Below are positions 1-13,385 of a stretch of 64,000 bases of DNA, one piece after another; positions within the stretch are counted from its first letter, which is position 1; every line of letters begins with the position of its first letter. The DNA lies in contig OX597817.1 of NCBI GenBank assembly GCA_951406725.2, positions 62,434,001 to 62,498,000 on the forward strand, written 5' to 3'. Under the pieces are notes generated by a model. That model had not been told where the DNA came from, ran no database searches, and was given only the letters and a program-made list of their open reading frames with translations. Origin of the DNA: Octopus vulgaris. Its lineage: Eukaryota. Both the position numbers and the translations under genes were made by a program.

Positions 1-51
1 AACACGCACATAGACACACATATATATATGTACATATATATACATAAGCGC

Positions 52-94
<43 letters not shown>

Positions 95-808
95 TATATA
101 GATGCATATAAGTATTGTCTTTGCTTTGATCAGGAGCAAATTTAATCAAACAAATGAGCAATAAACAAGAAAATGATAGAGGGGATATTTCATGTTAACT
201 CTGGAGTTCAAGGACATTTTATACGCGATGATGATGATGATCATGATGATGATGATGATCATCATGATCATCATCATCATCATCATCATGGCCATGATGC
301 TGTCAACGACGGCAACGAAGACGAATAGAACGGTAATGAGGATCCTGATCGTCAGCATAATAATGGCCATGCTCATTATGATGGTAGTGATGAATGTCGA
401 AGTTTGATGATAATGTTTATGATAATACTTTACGTCTATAATCATCAATTACTTTTTTAATGAGACATGACTATTATGTTTTGTTATCTTATTGTTTTCC
501 TTTCCACTTAGTGTCTTTATTCTATAGACCGTGGCAGTGACTAACAAACTGTGAACTTTACTGAAAATGTTCTATCAATATTGTAGATAGTAACCATTAT
601 TCCTAATTATACTTCATAATCAATCTTATGCACGCGTCGACAAAAAAGTCTCGCAAGAAATAGATCCCAACAGTATCTGAAATTATTGTAGTCAGTCTCG
701 ACTTCCTCTTAGTGGTACAGTGCATGGGCGGAAGCTGAAAAACAGGTGCTATATCCAGGAAATGTAACCCCTGTGTGTATGTGTGTGCTCGTGTATTTAT
801 GTGTGTGC

Positions 809-849
<41 letters not shown>

Positions 850-971
850 TTAGTAGAGTTAAAGGTTAAACTAACCGTCTAAGAGATAGAAGTATCCATT
901 ACACCACCGGTATATTACCAATATTAAATCATGGACATACATATGCAAACCTATTATGTTCATAAGTTATG

Positions 972-1018
<47 letters not shown>

Positions 1019-1032
1019 GATAAAGCAGGAAC

Positions 1033-1180
<148 letters not shown>

Positions 1181-1517
1181 AGAAGACATAGATTTTCTGA
1201 TTAATAATAAAACGGACTATCTATTTTGGTGGGGGGGGGACGCATAAATTTCAAGATCTGAGTGTTTGTATCTTTTATTAGTATCAACGAGTACAAAAAA
1301 TACATTTTCGTCCAATCTCACCTGTATGAATCATTTGAATATGTAAAGGTTTCACCAAAAGAACTGGATAACAATAAATACACCTTACAAGTACTTTCGG
1401 AAATGTATGCAGATAGGAATTGACATTAAATCTGCTTGTGTAGGTCTTCTTACGTGCAAGTTCATATTTTAATGTGCTAATTAAATTTTAGTCAGCAACA
1501 GTTAATCATAAATGCAC

Positions 1518-1549
<32 letters not shown>

Positions 1550-2339
1550 AATGCTGTTGCTGTTGTTGCTGTTGTTGCTGTTGTTGCAGCAGTACTAACA
1601 TCAGCAGCACCTTATGCTGCTTAGATTCCATGCACACAATATTATAGGCGCTCTGTATTTTTTTCATAGCATGGCTTATTCAGCATCATTAAATATGTCC
1701 TTCAATCACCTCTCATTAAAATATTCAAATTTATGTTGTTTACAGTGTTTGTGAGAAAATACTCGTGTTGTGCGTACGTCCACACGAATACGTGACCTAC
1801 TTGTTAGGATATTGCGTTCACCATCACCAGATTGTGGTTTCAATTCCTGGACAGGGTGCATATTCAATCGGGCTGTTCGCTGTCTTACACCGGCAAATTT
1901 GCATCAAGCCTCTTCTCGTTAAGCTTCACATGCGATAAACAATTTAGTTCGAATTTCTTCCTCTTATGTACTGCTTTTCTCCGCGATAAACGATCTACGA
2001 GGTGAACAAAGATTATCTCTACACTTCTCCATTATATTCTTGATGCAGTCAGGACTTTTACACCGGTTTTGTATTGCGGACAAGCTAATCTCACAAAAAT
2101 TGTTTCCCTCCTGACCACATAACTATTCCATTGTAATCGGTGTGGAGGTACTAGAGACTCTATACAAGTAGACTGAGTTCGAAGACTAGAGGGTCACGCA
2201 CCTTTGCCATCGGATACAAGCATACTGTGTACACACTGCTGTTAAAATCGATCCTGCCTTTTCTTCAGGTATCCGCTCAGTAAATCAAGTCTCATATACA
2301 TTTAGCAACAAACACAAATTCCGGACGGGTGCTGAAATA

Positions 2340-2532
2340 TTCATGACTTTAGGGGCATTGCAAAAGACCTGGTTGGAGGCCCGACCTTCCAAGTTCTTTT
2401 ACAGGACTTAGAAAAACTAAAGGACTACTGCAATAGGTGTGTGAATCCGACAAAGGAATATGTTAAATAATATCATAATTAACTGATACTCCTGTATTTT
2501 CTTTTACCAAAAGCCAGTAACTTTTCTCGTAC
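2340..2532 (+). mobile_element. Degenerate mariner-type transposase 3' end
   Basis: Translates to ..GLRKTK / LKDYCNRCVNPTKEYVK*, resembling the mariner C-terminal L..RW.KCV...G.Y.E motif. Confidence 0.4.
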
Positions 2533-3019
2533 GGGGAAATTCAGAACGTCAACTTTTTCTCTATTGAAATTCCATACTGAAACCATAGAATTCAATCCAA
2601 TTTTTCGACTACACTGACTTTCTAGATTCAGAGGGAGTTTAAATCACCAAGAATCACGGAACTGCCCAAATACATGAATTTATTCACAACCGGCATTTTT
2701 TGTTCATTCAGATAAATATTTGACTCCGAGAAAGCTTTAACTAACGTACGCTTCTTTTCGCCAGATTACTATCGCCAGTAATAATATGTAAACTTCCTGT
2801 CTGTATTTAAAATATTGCTATATGCAGTCAACACATTCACCCACAGATGATACAGAGTTAACAGTCGAAACAAAATGTTGTCTGAGGGGTAAACTATAGT
2901 ATGAAAGAGTAGAAATCTGTATTTATGTCACTGCTATAGGTACACAACACTCCCCTCCCCTCCCCATTAATGATAAAAACAAGTTAACGATAAAATCTCC
3001 TCACATTGCTTAAGATGAA

Positions 3020-3079
<60 letters not shown>

Positions 3080-3084
3080 ATATT

Positions 3085-3340
3085 GGTTTCAGATTTTGGC
3101 ACAATGCCAGCAATTTCAGGAAAGCGGATAAGTCGATTACATCGACCCCAATACTCAAGTGGTACTTATTTCATCGACCCGAAAGGATGTCGATAAAATA
3201 AGTACTACTTGAGTATGGATATTAATATTAATATATATATATAAGGCGTCGAGCTGACAGAATCGTAGGCATGCCGGACAAAATGCCCACGAGGTCGATT
3301 TTTCATTTTATACTTTCGGGATGAAATGTAAAGTCGACTA
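3085..3340. mobile_element. Rearranged Nin-domain SINE fragments
   Basis: GTCGATTACATCGACCCC...GGTACTTATTTCATCGACCCGAAAGGATG on the minus strand, and the head AAGGCGTCGAGCTGACAGAA on the plus strand. Confidence 0.6.
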
Positions 3341-3925
3341 ATATTAATATACATACTTCCTGATAGATTTTCTATGTATACACTTTGAATATAGATAAGA
3401 TTACATTGATTTCTTTCTGCTTTAAAATGGTAAGGACTTTGTATACATCATATAAATACATTTTGAATGTTGCATTGAGAAATGGCTTATTAAGCTGCTA
3501 GGTCGAGTGCCGATAGCATATTTTATGGTTCTTTTCTGGAAGTTTCAAAAGCCGAGTCGCAGCAGTGGTTGGTATGGTAACTAGCTGATTTACTGCATCG
3601 CTACTAACGACAGAGAGCAGTTCAATACTGTCTTTATGACTGCTTACATGAACAAAACTCATTCTGTGAATGATGAAATTAAATTGGCAATCAAAACACA
3701 GCACCATGTCTGCCGTGAATTTGAAAGATAAACAGACAAATAGCTAGATAAAGAGACTGAGAGAGAGAAAGATATATATATAAAATATATCATATATATT
3801 TAATTTATACATTATGCATACATATATATTGATATGATATGTGTATATATAATATAAATAATATAAATATATGTATATAAATATACATACACGCATATGT
3901 ATATATATGTATGTATATATATGTG

Positions 3926-3987
<62 letters not shown>

Positions 3988-4597
3988 GAAAGAGAGAGAG
4001 AACGAAAGAAATTGTGGCTGAAGATAATGGCGGAAATGATCTCCATATAGTTAATCGAGAAATCAATACCGTTAAACGCCCAAATAGGAGAAAATGTTAA
4101 AGAAACAAAGTCATTATTTTCATGGAAGCATGGTTATTAGAGAATAGACTACATTATCTCTGTTGTAAGTTGACCGTTATTTTTCCTTATTGCTTTGGTT
4201 TTTATTTGTTTCGGTGTATTTTTTAATGCGATTTTTGAACTATTTGTGACTTCAAAACAAATGAGAGTGATCTACATTTGCTTTGGCAATTATAATTTGG
4301 ATAGCCATAAAGAGAATGATTGATACCGTTAGGAGGAAATCTTTAAAAGATATATAAATTTTGGAAAACAACGAATGCATTTCTAATTGGTAGTTTGCTT
4401 TGGAATAGGCAGAATGAAGGAATTGTCTTAGGGTTATGTACAAACGTTGTTTAATAGTTCATGCAAAGTTGAATTCATTATTCTTTCGTAGAAAATTCCT
4501 CATAATAGAAATTTCCTTTCATTTTCGGAGAGCTGTATGTAAATCACACAATCCTTCTCTGTACTTCATCCTCTCTCTCCCTTTGTTTTTCTCTTGG

Positions 4598-4638
<41 letters not shown>

Positions 4639-4645
4639 GTATACA

Positions 4646-4697
<52 letters not shown>

Positions 4698-4774
4698 TTG
4701 AGTTGTGGGGTATCGCACGAGTGGGATTATATAAGAAAAAAGGTTTGAAAATGCAATTTAAACGATGTTTATTT

Positions 4775-4815
4775 ACTTAACCGGTTTCACTCTTTGGTAA
4801 AAGATTGTCAAAAGT
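4775..4815 (-). ncRNA. Inverted copy of the same hammerhead-like motif
   Basis: Exact reverse complement of 10911-10951. Confidence 0.65.
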
Positions 4816-4828
4816 TACATTTAAGGAA

Positions 4829-5013
4829 ACATTGAATAATATGGGTTCAAAAAAAGTTTTTTACATAATTGTCACATTGAATATTATGCATTCAAAAAAG
4901 TTTTTTACATAATTGTCACATTGAATATTATGCATTCAAAAAAGTTTTTTACATAATTGTCACATTGGATATTATGAATTCAAAAATGTTTTTTTATACA
5001 TAATTGTCACATT
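4829..5013. repeat. Same ~44-bp minisatellite, inverted, 4 units
   Basis: Reverse complement of the 10668-10897 array with one fewer unit. Confidence 0.9.
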
Positions 5014-5589
5014 ATTTGGGAAAATTTGGCAGAAAAGGATAAAACAAATATATTATTGGGAATTGGTTGCGTTAATTATTGGTTGTCGCAAATTGTCACA
5101 TTACATGTATATATATACAATCTTTGGTATATATATACAGCGTTTTGACAGCAAAAATTAAAATGGCTTTTTTGTACATCTCAGAATATTTTAAGTATGT
5201 TTTTACTGACCTGTCAGTATTAGCAGAAAGGCTGAACTGAGAGAACAGAAGAAGTAGCCAATGTGGTGTATACTTCCCCTTTATGCATGAATGATTTTGG
5301 GGTTATCAGGAGGTTAGTATGCGGGTGTGAATAGATGTGTCCGTGCCTGCTGGTCAGACAGCGTCTGTTTGTCACACACATATATATACACACAAACACA
5401 CACACACACAACAACACACACACACACACACATAGTATACAAACACACACCACATACAAACAACACACACACACACAGAACACACACACCCACACACAAC
5501 GCACCCACATATATCACATATACACACAGCACACAAATATAACATGTATCTATATATAACATACACAGATATATAACACACATACACAC

Positions 5590-5630
<41 letters not shown>

Positions 5631-6422
5631 CACACGCACACATACATACATAATATAAATATCACACAAATACACCTAGCATATATATACACACATACAA
5701 TACACACATACAGCATGTAAGTAATATATATACACAATATATGCATGCAATATACATACGTAATACATACATATAATATATATATATATAGACAATGCAT
5801 ATACATATATACACATATACATATAAATAGTGTTTACATACACATACATAGATGTACCACATATACACACAACACACATACATACAATGCATACACATAC
5901 ACATACGCATACATATAATATATATATACACACACACACACATAACATACATACACACACAATGCATACATATATATACACGCAATGCATATACATGTAT
6001 TCATGCACATATAGCACACCTACAATATACATATATACAGTGCACACATACACACAAATATATACACTTAATTGTACACGTACATATACAATACACATAC
6101 ATACAATATACATATACACAATGCGCATGCAAATAATGTACATGTTTATACACACATAAACATGCAAATAAATATACACACACACACATACACACACACA
6201 CATATATATACACATATATATATATATACACACATACATACATACATACATGCACATACATATATTTTTTCACACACATATATATATATAAAAAATTCAC
6301 CACCCCCCACACACACAAATTACAAACCTATAGCGTACACACTCAAATATATCTCTACATGCCGCACATACACACAAACAAAGTACTAACATATACACAC
6401 ATACCATGCATATACACACACA

Positions 6423-6469
<47 letters not shown>

Positions 6470-6861
6470 CAGATACATATGTAAATACATACACACGTAC
6501 ACAATGCTCACACACACACACACACACACACATACACACACACCCGCACACAGTGCACACACACACACACATATATACACACGTGCACACACACACACAC
6601 ACATACAACGCGCGCACACACACATATACACACACACGCACACAGTGCACACACACACACACACACACACACACAACACTCACACACATACATCACCTAC
6701 ATATATATAATGCATGCGTGTGCATGCCACGTATGTGTGCGGTCAATGCCCGCTAGTGTGTCCTATGCGTGCCGATGCGCGCATGTGCCCGCCCGCACGA
6801 TATGCTGTGAGCGTGCGCGCGTCCCTGTGTGCTTGCTCTGGATGTGCTTCCAGGGGGTATG

Positions 6862-7638
6862 TTAGAGTATGTTTAGTTGTGGTCTGTATTTTTGAATAAG
6901 ATTACTTTCCTTATTTATTCGTGTTTGGTCTGTGGTGTTGTCCGAGCATTGGTATAGTGGGAAGACTAAGAATTTGGGGGACTTATTGTGTGCACAAAGG
7001 TCTAAGTGTCCACTTAGTGGTATCTGTCTTGTGGAGGGGTCCCTCAGTTGTTGTCGGTGAACTGTCATTCTGTCTCTGAGGGTAAGGCTCGTTTGCCCTA
7101 TGTAGTCTTCGTGGCATCCTTCACACCTTATGACGTAGAGTAAATTTTTTGATGCGCACGTGAAGTTATTTTTTATGATGAATGTGTGTCCCGAGTGGAA
7201 CTTGTACGACGATCCCTCAATGAGGTGGATGCAGGTCTTACAGTTGGGGCGACCACATTTTTTGATGGTGGGCGGTGGGTTTGTGTTGTGTAATTTTGCG
7301 TTGGTGAGGAGGTTTTTTAGGGATTTAGGTTGTCTCTTACTTTTTATTATTTTATGAGCTGCCAGTATTTTTCTCAGGCGTGGGTCTTGATTTAGTTGTG
7401 GAATGTTGTTGTATATAATAGTGTAAGCTTCTGCATTCCTTGGGTTGTGTGTTGAGAGATAAGGGAGGCTATTGACTGTACTGTGGATGTGTTTGGGTTT
7501 TCGAAGGTCTTGAATGTTGATTGATTTGGCCCGTTCTATTCCGTTGTCTACTAGTGATGCCGGGTAATGTCTTTCGAGAAGAATTGCCCTTAGTTCCCGG
7601 AGTCTTCTATTTCGTGTTGTGTCATTTGAGACAATAGT
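6862..7638 (-). pseudogene. Inverted copy of the PLE RT thumb, Cys linker and GIY-YIG endonuclease; reading frame intact, no start codon
   Basis: 777 nt (259 codons) reverse-complementary to 8060-8837 (778 nt). It has A6 rather than A7 at the frameshift site. Confidence 0.85.
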
Positions 7639-8837
7639 CTCAGGGACTGCAATGGGTACGAAAGTTGCACCTACCTATGCAAACCTGGTGATGGCCTACC
7701 TGGAATCACATATCTATGAAAAATCCAAATATAAGTACGGCCAGTCTTTCCACAAATACCTGTTGGAGAACTGGAAACGCTACTTAGATGATTGCCTCAT
7801 CCTATGGTCCCACACACTCGACCAACTTATTGACTTCAAAAACCTTATCAACAGTGTAAATAACAACATTCAATTCACAATGGAATATAGTCAGGACCAA
7901 CTCCCTTTTCTTGACATCCTAATCATTAAAAAAGGCGTCAACATTGAAACTGACATCCATTACAAACCCACTGACTCTAAACAATACCTTCTATTCACCT
8001 CCAATCACCCAAAACACACAAAGACAAATATCCCCTTCAACCTAGCGAGAAGAATCTGCACTATTGTCTCAAATGACACAACACGAAATAGAAGACTCCG
8101 GGAACTAAGGGCAATTCTTCTCGAAAGACATTACCCGGCATCACTAGTAGACAACGGAATAGAACGGGCCAAATCAATCAACATTCAAGACCTTCGAAAA
8201 CCCAAACACATCCACAGTACAGTCAATAGCCTCCCTTATCTCTCAACACACAACCCAAGGAATGCAGAAGCTTACACTATTATATACAACAACATTCCAC
8301 AACTAAATCAAGACCCACGCCTGAGAAAAATACTGGCAGCTCATAAAATAATAAAAAGTAAGAGACAACCTAAATCCCTAAAAAAACCTCCTCACCAACG
8401 CAAAATTACACAACACAAACCCACCGCCCACCATCAAAAAATGTGGTCGCCCCAACTGTAAGACCTGCATCCACCTCATTGAGGGATCGTCGTACAAGTT
8501 CCACTCGGGACACACATTCATCATAAAAAATAACTTCACGTGCGCATCAAAAAATTTACTCTACGTCATAAGGTGTGAAGGATGCCACGAAGACTACATA
8601 GGGCAAACGAGCCTTACCCTCAGAGACAGAATGACAGTTCACCGACAACAACTGAGGGACCCCTCCACAAGACAGATACCACTAAGTGGACACTTAGACC
8701 TTTGTGCACACAATAAGTCCCCCAAATTCTTAGTCTTCCCACTATACCAATGCTCGGACAACACCACAGACCAAACACGAATAAATAAGGAAAGTAATCT
8801 TATTCAAAAATACAGACCACAACTAAACATACTCTAA
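7639..8837 (+). pseudogene. PLE reverse transcriptase C-terminal half plus GIY-YIG endonuclease; 5'-truncated, +1 frameshift near 8380-8386
   Basis: RT motifs GTAMGTKVAPTYANL, RYLDD, LPFLDILI, YKPTD and HPKHTK. After removing one A from the A7 run it reads CGRPNCKTC...NLLYVIRCEGCHEDYIGQT..LRDRMTVH...KESNLIQKYRPQLN*. The ORF-track start at 7619 is a junction artefact. Confidence 0.9.
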
Positions 8838-9022
8838 CATACCCCCTGGAAGCACATCCAGAGCAAGCACACAGGGACGCGCGCACGCTCACAGCATATC
8901 GTGCGGGCGGGCACATGCGCGCATCGGCACGCATAGGACACACTAGCGGGCATTGACCGCACACATACGTGGCATGCACACGCATGCATTATATATATGT
9001 AGGTGATGTATGTGTGTGAGTG

Positions 9023-9054
<32 letters not shown>

Positions 9055-9155
9055 ACTGTGTGCGTGTGTGTGTATATGTGTGTGTGCGCGCGTTGTATGT
9101 GTGTGTGTGTGTGTGCACGTGTGTATATATGTGTGTGTGTGTGTGCACTGTGTGC

Positions 9156-9190
<35 letters not shown>

Positions 9191-9231
9191 CATTGTGTAC
9201 GTGTGTATGTATTTACATATGTATCTGTTTT

Positions 9232-9268
<37 letters not shown>

Positions 9269-10040
9269 TGTGTGTGTATATGCATGGTATGTGTGTATAT
9301 GTTAGTACTTTGTTTGTGTGTATGTGCGGCATGTAGAGATATATTTGAGTGTGTACGCTATAGGTTTGTAATTTGTGTGTGTGGGGGGTGGTGAATTTTT
9401 TATATATATATATGTGTGTGAAAAAATATATGTATGTGCATGTATGTATGTATGTATGTGTGTATATATATATATATATGTGTATATATATATGTGTGTG
9501 TGTGTATGTGTGTGTGTGTATATTTATTTGCATGTTTATGTGTGTATAAACATGTACATTATTTGCATGCGCATTGTGTATATGTATATTGTATGTATGT
9601 GTATTGTATATGTACGTGTACAATTAAGTGTATATATTTGTGTGTATGTGTGCACTGTATATATGTATATTGTAGGTGTGCTATATGTGCATGAATACAT
9701 GTATATGCATTGCGTGTATATATATGTATGCATTGTGTGTGTATGTATGTTATGTGTGTGTGTGTGTATATATATATTATATGTATGTGTATGCATTGTA
9801 TGTATGTGTGTTGTGTGTATATGTGGTACATCTATGTATGTGTATGTAAACACTATTTATATGTATATGTGTATATATGTATATGCATTGTCTATATATA
9901 TATATATTATATGTATGTATTACGTATGTATATTGCATGCATATATTGTGTATATATATTACTTACATGCTGTATGTGTGTATTGTATGTGTGTATATAT
10001 ATGCTAGGTGTATTTGTGTGATATTTATATTATGTATGTA

Positions 10041-10104
<64 letters not shown>

Positions 10105-10667
10105 TTATATATCTGTGTATGTTATATATAGATACATGTTATATTTGTGTGCTGTGTGTATATGTGATATATGTGGGTGCGTTGTGTGTGGGTGTGTGTG
10201 TTCTGTGTGTGTGTGTGTTGTTTGTATGTGGTGTGTGTTTGTATACTATGTGTGTGTGTGTGTGTGTTGTTGTGTGTGTGTGTGTTTGTGTGTATATATA
10301 TGTGTGTGACAAACAGACGCTGTCTGACCAGCAGGCACGGACACATCTATTCACACCCGCATACTAACCTCCTGATAACCCCAAAATCATTCATGCATAA
10401 AGGGGAAGTATACACCACATTGGCTACTTCTTCTGTTCTCTCAGTTCAGCCTTTCTGCTAATACTGACAGGTCAGTAAAAACATACTTAAAATATTCTGA
10501 GATGTACAAAAAAGCCATTTTAATTTTTGCTGTCAAAACGCTGTATATATATACCAAAGATTGTATATATATACATGTAATGTGACAATTTGCGACAACC
10601 AATAATTAACGCAACCAATTCCCAATAATATATTTGTTTTATCCTTTTCTGCCAAATTTTCCCAAAT

Positions 10668-10897
10668 AATGTGACAATTATGTATAAAAAAACATTTTTG
10701 AATGCATAATATCCAATGTGACAATTATGTAAAAAACTTTTTTGAATGCATAATATTCAATGTGACAATTATGTAAAAAACTTTTTTTGAACCCATAATA
10801 TCCAATGTGACAATTATGTAAAAAACTTTTTTGAATGCATAATATTCAATGTGACAATTATGTAAAAAACTTTTTTTGAACCCATATTATTCAATGT
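10668..10897. repeat. ~44-bp minisatellite, 5 units, within the PLE 3' region
   Basis: Unit AATGTGACAATTATGTAAAAAACTTTTTTGAATGCATAATATTC and variants. Confidence 0.9.
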
Positions 10898-10910
10898 TTC
10901 CTTAAATGTA

Positions 10911-10951
10911 ACTTTTGACAATCTTTTACCAAAGAGTGAAACCGGTTAAGT
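10911..10951 (+). ncRNA. Minimal type-I hammerhead ribozyme-like motif in the PLE 3' terminal repeat (U3:A8 variant)
   Basis: ACUU-UUGACAA-UCUUU(UACC)AAAGA-GU-GAAA-CCGG-UU-AAGU: stem I ACUU/AAGU, stem II, GAAA, palindromic minimal stem III, UH site. Confidence 0.65.
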
Positions 10952-10990
10952 AAATAAACATCGTTTAAATTGCATTTTCAAACCTTTTTT

Positions 10991-11034
<44 letters not shown>

Positions 11035-12160
11035 AACACACAAACACATAGCTAGCTAATGAAGCCATCAACGGACTTTACCAACGAATCCTACCCCATT
11101 CTTACATACAAGAACTAAACTCTGAACTGATCCGAATTAGTCTGCTTATGTAAGCAGAAACTCTTTAAAACAAAAATGTTGAAACCAATCGTCTCGTCTA
11201 ACAGCTAAATATGAAAATACCGCACCACCTTAGTTTTCCTATAAGTACCTCCTCAATGTTCTATCTCCATAAGAACACGCATAAAATCTGATGTTACAAC
11301 TCGACACTGAATAAGTCATGCAGAAATTAACTGTAAGTTCCTAACTCAACAAATGCTCACACATTTATTTATGGAAGGATGTTAGAAAACTTATATGGCT
11401 TAGAATTTCTTGCGCATTTTTGTAATGCTCAGCTTTTGCGTATTTTAATAAGTACAAATAACATAGAATAAAATTTACCCATGCTTGAAACTGAACATCA
11501 GAAATATTTATTAAAGACGAAAACAGGCTACAACGTTCATCTCTTTAAACATATGCATTAAAACTTAATAATAGCAACCAAATATTTTCCACAACAATGA
11601 TTCCAAGAGACAAATACGCTGACCAGCAACATCTAAAGTTTTGAACTTAGCTACATACTCTCGTATTATTAGCGTGGAAAAAAATTTTACACACTAAAAT
11701 CACTGTGACATGCTTAAGTAATAATCAACACCCTCCCAATATAAACTCGTTAAAAAGTATAAATAATATCAACCTGACACAATTAACTTATCCTTACCAC
11801 ATACATTATTTTGTGAACCCTTAAGTACCAATCCCTTAAAAGCTAGCATAAGTAACACGCCTGAACACAAAGGTCAAAACAACGGACTGAACTCTAAAAG
11901 TTAAATATCTCCTTAATATCAAATAAAAGTCATAACAATCAAACCAACAAACTAACCACATTGTTTTGTGAATACGTTGGCACTTAAAAATACACACCAA
12001 ATTACAAAACAGCACATGCATGAATGAATTCTAACAATTTAGACTTCCCCAAAATGTAAACAAGAAAACATCTCCTTACCATCTGGCCAACCCACCTATC
12101 ATACAGCATAATTACCATTCAACAGAAGTTACCCTAGAAATGTTTTAACTTCACAGAGAC

Positions 12161-12286
<126 letters not shown>

Positions 12287-12309
12287 TAATAATAAAAATA
12301 ATAATATTA

Positions 12310-12870
12310 AATGCCCTGATGCACTACCAGGCAGTGGCTCTCATGGCTTCTGACCTTAACTGATTGGAAGTGTTATCATGTACATTGTTTTGTCTTGGTA
12401 TAAAAGATGTTCTACAACAAATATTCTGCTCAATACCACAGATTTGCTTGTCAGTTGTTTGACATTAACCAGTTGAGCATGTCCCTTAGTGGCTGACGAT
12501 ATGTGCATCTCTGATCACGAGCAGAAGTAGTGGAGGAGCATCATAGCCATGTGTCGAGAGGGATTTTTTGGGGTTTGAATAATTCACCTCTGGAAACATG
12601 GGTGGTTCTTTCAACATCTTTAAACAACCCTTATTCAGGGACCTTTTGAGCGGGATGGGCTACTCAACCTGAAGAAAATTCTAACTGGGCCCCACCTGCA
12701 AGATCATGTGCTGTTCATCGTGATATGAGATCACCATGTCGCGCACATATGGTTGTGATGCATGTGCCTGGTGTACCCTTATCAGACGGGTAGTCATGAT
12801 GGGTATATTGGGCTTCGTATATTTTACCCCAGTGTCACTTTGATGGCATGAACTGCTCTCTCACTCAATA
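12310..12870 (+). mobile_element. Interspersed element embedded in (TAA)n, probably the 3' UTR of a TAA-targeting non-LTR retrotransposon
   Basis: ~560 bp of higher-GC sequence bounded on both sides by (TAA)n, with no ORF. Confidence 0.45.
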
Positions 12871-12929
12871 ATAATAATAAACGGAAATACAAAATTTACC
12901 ACTTTTATGAAAGGAGATAGACTCTACCA

Positions 12930-13385
12930 CATATGTTCTAGGTAAACAACGTTCTTTGTTTTCTGGTTTGAAGCACAGACAAATAAGTCTTGGAAAGTAC
13001 CAGTCCGGGAGCAACCAGCATCAAGTTGACCATGAGAAAAGCAAGCTAATAGATTTCAAAGTCTGACCATGAGGAGCAAAGTCGCACTGACAATTGGGTT
13101 CGTTTGAACCCGAATGGCATGTCTGTTGTTTGATTGGAATTTTGGGAATGAAAACCTCTTCCCCAGAGGAACATCCAGGGATGATAGTATCTTTTATCAC
13201 AATCAATCTTGTCCCATTACATACTTTAGGGGGATCTAAATTTCTTAGAGGCATTATTAGGACACCTACCTTCAGAAAACGTTTATGTTCCAGGTAGCTC
13301 AAGATAATTAAGGAACTCTATTCGGTAATGGACAGCTTGATTTTTATCGAGGACTGAATCAACTACTTTGTACTCCTTACTGACT
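12930..13385 (-). pseudogene. Helitron Rep/Hel PIF1-type helicase C-terminal remnant
   Basis: Across frameshifts: AVHYRIEFLNYLELPG, LKVGVLIMPLRNLDPPKVCNGTRLIV, VFIPKIP, GQTL, FSHGQLDAGCSR and KTKNVVYLE. Confidence 0.85.

Larger units (their letters stand above)
4693..10996. mobile_element. Penelope-like retroelement (Neptune-like) as two 5'-truncated copies head-to-head, inserted in (TA)n
   Basis: Arms 4728-7638 and 8060-10996 are reverse complements around a 421-bp RT-coding spacer. RT and GIY-YIG motifs are present, TA arrays flank both sides, and an extra 35-bp tail lies at 4693-4727. Confidence 0.9.

Noticed and set aside
146-448. Met/Ile-rich hydrophobic ORFs
   Set aside because: They arise from (ATG)n/(ATC)n trinucleotide repeats.
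5220-6756. Many 60-200 aa ORFs rich in YI/CV/HT, here and throughout the window
   Set aside because: They are translations of TA/TG/CA microsatellites that lack stop codons.
7619-7638. Start of the 280-aa RT ORF
   Set aside because: The GTG start lies in the inverted arm, so this is a chimeric junction and not the element's true start.
10668-10897. Regularly spaced ~44-bp repeats as a possible CRISPR array
   Set aside because: No unique spacers, no cas genes, eukaryotic context; it is a minisatellite.
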